From NCBI GenBank assembly GCA_018971305.1, contig JAGXBC010000004.1, forward strand, positions 4,028-68,027: DNA of 64,000 bases, read 5' to 3'. This document shows, one piece after another, positions 40,430 through 48,658 of this stretch. A program made the translations under genes and the position numbers. The stretch comes from Patescibacteria group bacterium. Its GTDB lineage: Bacteria > Patescibacteriota > Minisyncoccia > UBA6257 > 2-01-FULL-56-20. The notes beneath the pieces are model-generated. The model saw only the letters and a list, made by a program, of their open reading frames with translations. It was not told the origin of the DNA and made no database searches. Numbering within the stretch: the stretch's first letter is position 1; each line of letters starts with the position of its first letter.

Positions 40430-40738
40430 TTACCATTTGTATTCACAACGGCCATTTTCAATTTGCTCCCAGCCAGGATATTCACCCCTTGGGATTGAAG
40501 AGCTCCAGGTGATGATAGAGAATCCAAAAACACTGCGGGACTCCACTACCTTGCCAACGCGAATCTCGCTGTCCAAAGCCACAGGAAATGTCTTCCTTAA
40601 TTCACTTGCCATCTCCTGAAAATCCGCGATGGTGCCCTGGTTGTAACCGACCAACATATGAACATTTGCAAATGTTTTGCCTTTCTCCTTAGATATCAAA
40701 TCCTTCCGCCAATAGATATATTTTCTCATCCCGTTCAT
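40430..40738 (-). CDS. Hypothetical protein
   Basis: ORF with AAGGTGG SD before ATG 40738. Confidence 0.6.
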   Translation of the reverse strand: MNGMRKYIYWRKDLISKEKGKTFANVHMLVGYNQGTIADFQEMASELRKTFPVALDSEIRVGKVVESRSVFGFSIITWSSSIPRGEYPGWEQIENGRCEYKW

Positions 40739-40931
40739 ATTTTTGTCCACCTTTATTCGAACAAATGCGCTACGAACAAAATAGCACATAAAGTTACTAT
40801 TTATCAACCCCACGGCGCTCTTGCGGCAGATGGATAAAATTGTCGTGCCTACGGATTTGCTTGTCTACCTTTGACAAAATTATAAGCGGAACTTAGTATA
40901 TCAGCAGCTCAAAGATCAATCAGGGGGATTT

Positions 40932-41270
40932 ATGACCACTAATGATCCTACCACGATTATTTACTTGATTTTCGTATTTCTAATAGGAATTTGGGCTCCG
41001 GCTGGAATCTTCATCTATCTCTTGGACGACGTGAAGCGAATCCAAAGTCAGCGGCGGCGGTGGCAATTAATCTCCGCTCTCGGATGCATTTCCATACTCT
41101 GCGTAACACTAATCTGGACAACTGATAATTTTTCCTTCAGCGTCATACAGACCCCGAACTTATGGGTGTTGTCCGCGTACTTCATTATTGTTGGATGGTC
41201 GTTTTTCTTTGCTACGATGGGATTTCTCTTTGGTTTCTTAACCCCCAAGAACGCAACGACGCATGTTTAA
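40932..41270 (+). CDS. Three-TM hypothetical membrane protein
   Basis: TTGACA-17-TAGTAT promoter, GGGGG SD. Confidence 0.65.
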   Translation: MTTNDPTTIIYLIFVFLIGIWAPAGIFIYLLDDVKRIQSQRRRWQLISALGCISILCVTLIWTTDNFSFSVIQTPNLWVLSAYFIIVGWSFFFATMGFLFGFLTPKNATTHV

Positions 41271-41350
41271 CCTGCGTCGTTTTTTATTTGGGCTCTCAGG
41301 GGAAAAACCTGGCAGAGGTAAATAAAAAACCCACCGTTATTGGTGGGTCG

Positions 41351-42535
41351 TCAATTTAAAGGAATCTGGATTTTGGGTTTCTCGGACAAGATAAAATATA
41401 TCTCGTAGGCCTCGTTTCCCAGATGGAAGCGGCCTGTTTTAATTGGCCTTACGGAAAATTGATTAATCAGAAAAGCTTCGCCTCCTTTCAGCTTAACCAG
41501 GGTGTTGTCTATATACTTGCCGTAAAGGATCGGGTTGGAGTTGATGATGTCTATGTCGTGCACCGTTCCGCAACATTCGTAGTGCTGCAATTGCTTCCGG
41601 TATCGCAAATCTATTGCGCCAATGGCAGGACGAATGCTTCCGTCCAAATATCCGGCGAGTGAACGCTGTTTGCGCCGCAGTGGTGATAACTGCCCCTGGC
41701 CTCCCCATCTCACACCGCTCTCATCGGTATGATAAACGACGAGAGCAATATCTTGGGATAATTCGTCAAGAGAATTATATGACTCTTTTCGGTCCGCCTT
41801 CAGTAATAGATGTCCATGAGAAAAATCATTATCGCTAAAACTCATAAAGTATCCCTCGCGGAACATAAGGTCAATGTGCGACGAGACCAGTTTGCCGAAT
41901 TTTTCCGGAACGGGAATTTCAACATTTAAGAAAGACGTAATCCGCAAGCTATTGGGATTACAGAATTTTTCCAGACGAGCAAGGCGTCTAAGATGAATCT
42001 TAATGTACGGATTGTCCGTGTTTTCTGACCAGTGCTTAAGGCGGCTTTCAAGTTCCAGGAATTTTGCTACGGCGCAGGGGTCGCGGCCCTCGCCGAGAAA
42101 CGTACTGACCGCGAAATCATCCGCCTCCACCTCTTGTTTTTCCAGAAGCTCAAAATCTTCAAGTGGTTTGCTCAATATGCCGGTAAATTTTGCCGTCGGC
42201 ACATGCTTCAACTTTAAATGGCCGAACTCATGAGCCAGTTCACCGGCATATTCTTCTTCTCCATATCCATTATCGGCAAGAGCAAGTATTTGTCCTTTGC
42301 TTATAACTATCTCGTAGGGCGTAAAGAATCGGGCATACGGCTCCTTGTCCTCATATATAGATATCCTCACGGACTCCACCAAAGGATCTCCCGGGAAAAG
42401 TTCCGATAGAAGGCGCCTTGTGTATGCTTCCCAAGATATTGTGGAAAAATTATTTTTCGTCTTGATCGGAAACTGAGCTAAAGCCAACACAGAAAAAACA
42501 CTCACTGCTATTATGACAAAAAACGGTCTTTTCAT
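41351..42535 (-). CDS. Secreted M48-like zinc metallopeptidase with unknown C-terminal domain
   Basis: Signal peptide; LAHEFGH, QEVEADDFA. Confidence 0.8.
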   Translation of the reverse strand: MKRPFFVIIAVSVFSVLALAQFPIKTKNNFSTISWEAYTRRLLSELFPGDPLVESVRISIYEDKEPYARFFTPYEIVISKGQILALADNGYGEEEYAGELAHEFGHLKLKHVPTAKFTGILSKPLEDFELLEKQEVEADDFAVSTFLGEGRDPCAVAKFLELESRLKHWSENTDNPYIKIHLRRLARLEKFCNPNSLRITSFLNVEIPVPEKFGKLVSSHIDLMFREGYFMSFSDNDFSHGHLLLKADRKESYNSLDELSQDIALVVYHTDESGVRWGGQGQLSPLRRKQRSLAGYLDGSIRPAIGAIDLRYRKQLQHYECCGTVHDIDIINSNPILYGKYIDNTLVKLKGGEAFLINQFSVRPIKTGRFHLGNEAYEIYFILSEKPKIQIPLN

Positions 42536-42759
42536 TCAGCCTCCAGATATTCTGGTGATTGCTGGTTTCAATATAGCAGACCAGCTCTCGTATTGTCCAT
42601 CGCAAAAGAATCAATAGAAATTTTCGGTCCTCAGAAAGAACCCGTGCTCGGCATGCCTGCGCAGGCAGGGGTTGGGGGGCGGTTCGGCAAAAAATTCTCC
42701 ACTTGATTTTCCTGGTTGTATATCCTAATATGTCGTTAGTAAAACTTTAGGAGGAATGA

Positions 42760-43077
42760 ATGACTCTTGTGTGGATAGTAGCTTTGTGTCTCGGACTCTT
42801 CTTGTTTGGTTTGATTGGCTACTCCGATCACCGCGAAGGGATTTATTGGACCACGCGCGGAGATAACAGTTTTTGCGTTTTCTTGCTTTCGTTACTTCTG
42901 TATTACGGTAGTTTAATTGAATTGATTGGGTGGAAAAATATACAGAATTCCCCTGCCACAATGATTATCCTTACTATCATCGGGACAGTTAAAGTTTTCG
43001 CCTGGGGTAGGGAAACGGGAAAATATTTTGCCAGAAAAAATAACGGCTGGCGCAAACGCTGCGACATCGTTGTCTAA
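42760..43077 (+). CDS. Small three-TM membrane protein (paralog of 37381-37680)
   Basis: AGGAGG SD; shared LFG..GYS..R.G.YW and YY..LI.L.G. Confidence 0.72.
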   Translation: MTLVWIVALCLGLFLFGLIGYSDHREGIYWTTRGDNSFCVFLLSLLLYYGSLIELIGWKNIQNSPATMIILTIIGTVKVFAWGRETGKYFARKNNGWRKRCDIVV

Positions 43078-43153
43078 TCCCAAACCGCAGGTGCCTACCA
43101 CGTTGGTGGGCATTTTTATTTCTCCTCAAAAATCTAACGCCCTCAGAAACAAA

Positions 43154-43179
43154 CTCCGCTCGGGGTTGGGGCGGGCGGG
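43154..43179 (+). repeat. G-rich intergenic repeat (copy A1)
   Basis: ctccgctcggggttggggcggg identical over 22 nt to 44521-44542. Confidence 0.8.
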
Positions 43180-43256
43180 CAAGAATAGTTGATATATTAA
43201 AACAGAAAAGCCTCGCACAGAAGGAAGCGCTTAGCTTCTCTGTACGAGGCTTGATA

Positions 43257-43715
43257 TTAATTAACTCGGAAATGCCTTGAGGTGCGGACCTCGATGGCGC
43301 TTGTTACCTCGGCAATGCCGACAAATTTTTTCTTTGCCAACTCCTCGGCGAGTTTCGCCAAATATTTCTCGTAAGCGTACACTTGGGACCTGCGGATGTC
43401 GCGATACTCCGTAAAGAGGTCGAACCAAACCATTTTCAGCGGACCGTTCAGGTCGTGAACAACCACTCGTCCACCGCTGAGATAGAAAAGGCTTTTGTGG
43501 TTCATCTTGGAATCAATGTCATCGTCGTGCCATGGGAACATTGCGTCCACTTCCCGGATCGCCGCGGCCAGCTGCTGCAAATCTAACTCCATGTTATGGC
43601 ATCCATGTCCAATCTCAAAAACAATATTACCTTTGACGTTGTAGCGCCGTTCACCTCGAATCAAGTTAGCCAACCGATTTTCTAAAATCCAGTTTCGCAT
43701 TGTCAAGGTTCTCAT
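43257..43715 (-). CDS. Hypothetical protein
   Basis: AGGAGG SD before ATG 43715, TTGACA-17-TAATAT promoter, downstream hairpin 43208-43252. Confidence 0.7.
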   Translation of the reverse strand: MRTLTMRNWILENRLANLIRGERRYNVKGNIVFEIGHGCHNMELDLQQLAAAIREVDAMFPWHDDDIDSKMNHKSLFYLSGGRVVVHDLNGPLKMVWFDLFTEYRDIRRSQVYAYEKYLAKLAEELAKKKFVGIAEVTSAIEVRTSRHFRVN

Positions 43716-43923
43716 CGAGAAACCTCCTATTGGATTCAATCCGATTACTCGAATCGTTCGTAAATATTACAATATAATTCTATATATGTCAATTAAAAAT
43801 CCCCCGCCCGAACCGGGGTAAACTTGCCGCGCTGAATCCGCCCACCGGCGGGGTGGTGGGGCAGGAGGAGGGGTATAAAAAATGCGGGCTCCCTTTTGGG
43901 AGCCCTGAAATATTTGATGCTTG

Positions 43924-44433
43924 CTAGTTGGCAGAAAAAGCACTGGCCAGTAAGCGATGCAAGTTTGTTTCGTTGTAAACGACAACCGTGATGTTCTGAA
44001 CCGACTTCGGGTTTTCCGACAGGAAGATGTTGACTCCATGAACCATTTCGCTGACCGCCTGCTGCGGAGTCTTTTCGACCACCCCCAGCATAACGCCCAT
44101 CCTGATTGTCGGCAGAGACACGCTTGAGAATCCAGATGTTTCCGCAGTACGCAGGCCAGCAAGAACGATCTGATGCAACGGCCTTGTGAGGTCGTCGACC
44201 ACAAAAATCACGTTCTTGAACTTTCCCGAATTCCTATTGCCGCCACGAGCCACGATGGCTTCTCCGTCCACCAACTTGGCATTCGCCGCTTGCTGATGGA
44301 ACAGTTCACCGGCGGCACGCTGAATGACACCGTCAATGCCACCGAACCACATTCCGCCGGAATTGATAGCGGTGATGAGCGCGTCTGATTCCACTCGGGC
44401 GATATCGCCGGACACAACTTCGATTTTCGTCAT
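43924..44433 (-). CDS. Macro domain (ADP-ribose binding/hydrolase) protein
   Basis: GDIA..DALITAIN..GGIDG.I..AAG; SLPTIRMG. Confidence 0.88.
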   Translation of the reverse strand: MTKIEVVSGDIARVESDALITAINSGGMWFGGIDGVIQRAAGELFHQQAANAKLVDGEAIVARGGNRNSGKFKNVIFVVDDLTRPLHQIVLAGLRTAETSGFSSVSLPTIRMGVMLGVVEKTPQQAVSEMVHGVNIFLSENPKSVQNITVVVYNETNLHRLLASAFSAN

Positions 44434-44520
44434 TGTCAAAACCTCCGCAAGAGATTCAAATCTGGCTCAAGGATATCATTATTTATTGATATTGTCAATC
44501 TCTACCTCCGCAAAAACAAG

Positions 44521-44542
44521 CTCCGCTCGGGGTTGGGGCGGG
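44521..44542 (+). repeat. G-rich intergenic repeat (copy A2)
   Basis: Identical to 43154-43175. Confidence 0.8.
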
Positions 44543-44551
44543 TGTGCGAAT

Positions 44552-45457
44552 TTATGCTAGCGACTGGGCGAGATTTTGTTTTGAAAGCATTTCGTAAATA
44601 TTCGGCAGAACCACGGATACTCCGATAAGTATTCCGCCAAGAATCGTCGTGATGCTAAGTATCTCGTGAAACAGAAGCAATCCGAAGAGCACACCAAAAA
44701 CTATTTCCGAAAGAAGAATAATACTTCCTTTATGTGCCTCAATAAATTTAAAGCCGTAAATCGCAAGACCAGAACCGGCAAAGCCGGCAAAGCCATAACC
44801 AACATTAGCGAACCAGGCGGTGGAAGTGAAATCGCTGTTAAAAGATTCTTTGAGGCCCGCGGCTATCATAAAATTAACAGCTATGGCAAAAATATATCCG
44901 TAAACATTTATAAGCGCGGTCGGATACTTAGAGCTTATCTTTTTGCTAAATACAAACCAAAAGCTAAAAAGCGTTCCCGAAACACAGGCCGCCAGGACAG
45001 GGACGATCTTGCCGGCTTCAAAATGTATATCTCCCCAATAGACAAGAAGCAGCCCAACAAATGCGGACGCCAGCGCAATAATACTTATCTTCGTCAATTT
45101 CTCACGAAGGATTAAAGAACCGAGGATATAGCTCGTGATAACCGTAGCCGCGTATTGAATGAACAATGCCGTTCCTATATTGAGGTTTGCGAGTGAATAA
45201 AAGGTAGGAGCAAGCGCTAAAGAACCGACAACCCCCACCACGATAAACCACTTGATATCCTCCTTCCTGATTTTGACGAAAAAATTTTTATAAAAACAAA
45301 ACAGGATAAAACAAAGAAGCGTTATAATGCTCCGCGTCCAGACCTGGGTAAATGGTGCAAAGGCATTACCGATTATTTTAGAAAAAATACCGTACGAAGC
45401 ATAAGCTAACGCGGAGGTGAGAAGTATAAAAAATCCGTATGTTGTGCTTTTTACCAT
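44552..45457 (-). CDS. EamA/DMT family transporter
   Basis: Ten TMs in two EamA repeats; LREKL, LFHEIL. Confidence 0.9.
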   Translation of the reverse strand: MVKSTTYGFFILLTSALAYASYGIFSKIIGNAFAPFTQVWTRSIITLLCFILFCFYKNFFVKIRKEDIKWFIVVGVVGSLALAPTFYSLANLNIGTALFIQYAATVITSYILGSLILREKLTKISIIALASAFVGLLLVYWGDIHFEAGKIVPVLAACVSGTLFSFWFVFSKKISSKYPTALINVYGYIFAIAVNFMIAAGLKESFNSDFTSTAWFANVGYGFAGFAGSGLAIYGFKFIEAHKGSIILLSEIVFGVLFGLLLFHEILSITTILGGILIGVSVVLPNIYEMLSKQNLAQSLA

Positions 45458-45530
45458 TATTTGAATTGTAGCAAAAACAAAAAGGCCGGAACTTTCGTCC
45501 CGACCGTATGAGAGCTTTAGCTCTCAAAAT

Positions 45531-46037
45531 TCACTCGATTGATTTCCAGAGGCGCGCTCCGGTTAATCCGTAGGCCTCGCTCCGATAGCCATACCGACTA
45601 GAACTGCTTACAAGAACTGAACCGTCGTTTTGGAAGTCAACGCTTTCCGCCGGGAAATTCAATTGGATTGCCTTGCGAAGATATGGCGTCCCCTCAGAAC
45701 TACAAACGATCGCCAACCATGTTTTGCCGCTTTCATCTCCTCCTACGCTCGTAATGAGCATGGCCGCATCCTGCCAACCGTCGTGATTGAAATCGCCGGA
45801 TGCAATCTGAGCGATAACGGCCACCTTGGTATTCTTGTCTCCAAGGTAGTAGCCTTCTCCGTCGGAGAAATAAATCATTTTCGCTCCGACAAGATAGTGC
45901 TCATTCTTCAGGGTGGTCTCGGGGATCGGGGCGGTCATTCTGTCATGAATGACGTTTTGCCGAACTCCGGAAAAAATCAAGCCAGAAACTGATAAAACGC
46001 TAATCAAACTGAGAACGACCACGGTTTTCTTAGGCAT
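45531..46037 (-). CDS. Membrane-anchored hypothetical protein
   Basis: N-terminal TM; FG-GAP-like GDFNHDGWQDA; GAGGTG SD. Confidence 0.7.
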   Translation of the reverse strand: MPKKTVVVLSLISVLSVSGLIFSGVRQNVIHDRMTAPIPETTLKNEHYLVGAKMIYFSDGEGYYLGDKNTKVAVIAQIASGDFNHDGWQDAAMLITSVGGDESGKTWLAIVCSSEGTPYLRKAIQLNFPAESVDFQNDGSVLVSSSSRYGYRSEAYGLTGARLWKSIE

Positions 46038-46193
46038 AAATCACCTCACAGAATTTAAATACTAACCTGACGATATTATACTCTCTGTTTATAAATATGT
46101 CAATCAAAATCCCCCGCCCGGGGCGGGCTGCCTGAGGCAGGAGGGGGTGGAAACTCACAGTAGATATAAAGGTAAATAAAAGAAATAAGAAAT

Positions 46194-47105
46194 TTAAAAT
46201 GGGATCGTTTTTTCTGCTACCTCTTTGGCATCTATATTTAATGTCAATTTTTTAGTAGTCTCCAATCCCCACGTAATAGTAAAAAGGTGTTTTTGTGACA
46301 TATTTAGCAAAGAAATATCGTAATCTAACCCTATTTCTCCTTTATCGTAAATTGTATAAAAAATTTTTAATTTATTATCCACGTCTTTAACAATAGAAAT
46401 GCTACCGCTGCTATTTTTTTCATCAAGAAATATTACCTTCTTATCGTCAGCGAAAGAAATATCGCTCGGTGTCCAAAAAAAGAAGGTGCCCTCCTTGATG
46501 TTTAGGATATTTGTTATTAAATCATCTTTAGTCCAGTCATATAAACTAGCACCGTTCGATTTAAAATTTAAACTTGTAAATAGTCGATTTTTAATAAAGC
46601 CGTTAGCGAAATAAGATAAAATATAATTTTTATCTGACGAATCTTTAATGAACAAATCTAGATTCCATCCATATGGTCCATCTTCAAGGTCGGTCATAAA
46701 TGCTGGCTGTAGGGGGTATACATTGATTTCTGTATCCTTCCCAGGATAAATTGGGTATGCATTATTATAACTATTCCGGGCTTCATTACTAAATGAATAT
46801 CCGCATATATAGATAGTTGAAGCTCCAAGATTTGTTAATTTAACTCGGTTGGTTGCAAAATCAAATTGGGCTTCTATTTGCGGTAATTCGGATTTCGATA
46901 GATTAATAATTACATTTTGTTGAACTATAAGATTTTTTATGGATTGGAATACGGTTTGGTTGGGAGAAATTATAAATCCAACCAAGGTCAATATAGCCCC
47001 CACCACGGCTATCCACTCTGCTTGTGACTGCCCCCTCAAGGCTAATACAGCAAACACCACCGTCAAACTGCCCCCGACTATTTGTAGCCACCACCCAAGA
47101 CTCAT
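46194..47105 (-). CDS. Low-GC hypothetical membrane-anchored protein
   Basis: Two N-terminal TMs; beta-rich C-terminus (LamG-like); visibly AT-rich. Confidence 0.65.
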   Translation of the reverse strand: MSLGWWLQIVGGSLTVVFAVLALRGQSQAEWIAVVGAILTLVGFIISPNQTVFQSIKNLIVQQNVIINLSKSELPQIEAQFDFATNRVKLTNLGASTIYICGYSFSNEARNSYNNAYPIYPGKDTEINVYPLQPAFMTDLEDGPYGWNLDLFIKDSSDKNYILSYFANGFIKNRLFTSLNFKSNGASLYDWTKDDLITNILNIKEGTFFFWTPSDISFADDKKVIFLDEKNSSGSISIVKDVDNKLKIFYTIYDKGEIGLDYDISLLNMSQKHLFTITWGLETTKKLTLNIDAKEVAEKTIPF

Positions 47106-47112
47106 AAGTTTC

Positions 47113-47910
47113 TTATTTAATATTCTTTATATACCTACATTTCGGAAAATTTGAACAACCCCAAAATTGTTTACCGGCATAATCCCCTTGATGCGCCGTT
47201 CGAAGCTCTAGCTTACCACCACATTGAGGACAAATTTTTTCGTCTTGAGTTGCAGCCGGCTGTTGCGCTGGCAAATCCTCCGGCACGGCGTCTTTGCCAT
47301 ACGAAAGCCTATAGTATTTGATCAACTTCAAGCCATCGATAAGTTCTATTCTCGGATTTCCTTCAGCAGCCTTCTCTGCCATCATAGTGAAATTACCCGT
47401 TGTAACAAAAAATCCCTTTTCTGCCGGATTATTAATATTGGTAATCGCCCCAAGAAAATCGCGAACTTCGTGCGGGGTTACTTCTCTGGTTATAAACTTT
47501 TTACACTGAATAAAATATTTTTTGCCGTCCTTGTGTGCGATAACATCTATTCCCCCATCGTTTGCCCCACCAACAACCTCCGCTTTATATCCCAACCCTT
47601 CAAACATATCTGCAACCTCCTTTTCAAACTGCGCCGGCGACATACCTTTTAACATGTATAAAATCTTGTCGTCGCTTAAAAACGCAAGACCCCTGTTGTC
47701 GTGCGCTCTTTTCTTTAGAACAAAATATAAAATTACGCCGACAACCAAAACTACGGTGGCGATAATTCCATATAGAATGGCTTGCTCGCGATGTGTATAT
47801 GCCCAACCAAACAAACCAAGAATAAAAAGACCAATAATGCCGCTGGCAATGTCAACAAGCTCTTCTTTTGGAGATTTTCGCCTATAGTAATAACGCCTCC
47901 TTCTTGCCAT
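47113..47910 (-). CDS. Mrr-like restriction endonuclease with TM anchor and topoisomerase-type Zn ribbon
   Basis: FE..VA.MF..LGY, DGGIDV, IQCKK, ELIDG; CPQCGG...FWGCSNFPKCRY. Confidence 0.9.
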   Translation of the reverse strand: MARRRRYYYRRKSPKEELVDIASGIIGLFILGLFGWAYTHREQAILYGIIATVVLVVGVILYFVLKKRAHDNRGLAFLSDDKILYMLKGMSPAQFEKEVADMFEGLGYKAEVVGGANDGGIDVIAHKDGKKYFIQCKKFITREVTPHEVRDFLGAITNINNPAEKGFFVTTGNFTMMAEKAAEGNPRIELIDGLKLIKYYRLSYGKDAVPEDLPAQQPAATQDEKICPQCGGKLELRTAHQGDYAGKQFWGCSNFPKCRYIKNIK

Positions 47911-47916
47911 ATAATT

Positions 47917-48069
47917 TTACGACTTCTTAAAATCCGCCCAAAGGGAGAATAGGCCGAGCGCGAGGAAGAGCGCCGCCTCCGCCCAATTCTGTTTTTGCAA
48001 TGCCTCAATAAGCGCTATACCGAAAAAGATTATGAATACCGTGATGTTTACGAATTTTATGTTTTTCAT
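47917..48069 (-). CDS. Small two-TM protein (50 aa)
   Basis: Read manually: MKNIKFVNITVFIIFFGIALIEAL...ALFLALGLFSLWADFKKS*. Confidence 0.6.
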   Translation of the reverse strand: MKNIKFVNITVFIIFFGIALIEALQKQNWAEAALFLALGLFSLWADFKKS

Positions 48070-48096
48070 ATTTATCAGTATAATCCCAAATTTTGT

Positions 48097-48654
48097 TTAG
48101 CTCAATTTCTTTTCCACCTCCTCCCACGAAAATACCCGCTCAACGTTTTTGGGAAACTCGCCCTCCCTGTTCCACGGCTGATCAAAAAGAAAAACTCTTA
48201 TGCCGGCGGCGGCGCAATCAATGGCCGTAGCCAGATTGTCTTCAATAAAAACGTCTATCTCCAGCTCTTTGCATATCCCGGATTTTTTCCCGAAAGTTGT
48301 GTGGTGAACGTCCGCGAAGGCGTCCGGAAAACGCCCTTCTATCCACAATTTTGTCTCTTCCCTTTCTTTTGTCTCTCTCGCTGTGATTATATAAAGTTCG
48401 TGTCCCTGGGCTTTGATTGCCTTTATCGCTTTTACGGAACCTGCCACAGGATTGATCTTCTTAAGCTGGTCCGTAGCAAAAAATTCGTCCAGTTCTTTAA
48501 CGCGCTCTTCACGCGAGATGCCCCAGGTTTTTTCCCAGGAAAACTCGCGGAAGTCCGCCTTTTTAAAATCGGCTCCGTGTTTTTTATTGTGCATCTCGAT
48601 GATAGCGGCTCCGGAATCCGCCACTACGTCATCGAGGTCAAGTCCGATACGCAT
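48097..48654 (-). CDS. HAD-family 5'(3')-nucleotidase (NT5C-like)
   Basis: DLDDVVAD, ITAR, K..C, FIEDN, PWN. Confidence 0.88.
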   Translation of the reverse strand: MRIGLDLDDVVADSGAAIIEMHNKKHGADFKKADFREFSWEKTWGISREERVKELDEFFATDQLKKINPVAGSVKAIKAIKAQGHELYIITARETKEREETKLWIEGRFPDAFADVHHTTFGKKSGICKELEIDVFIEDNLATAIDCAAAGIRVFLFDQPWNREGEFPKNVERVFSWEEVEKKLS

Positions 48655-48658
48655 TTGG

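Noticed and set aside
37320-47910. Classical integron or prophage explanation for the small-gene cluster
   Set aside because: No integrase, attC-like sites or phage structural genes seen; genes carry own promoters and occur in both orientations.
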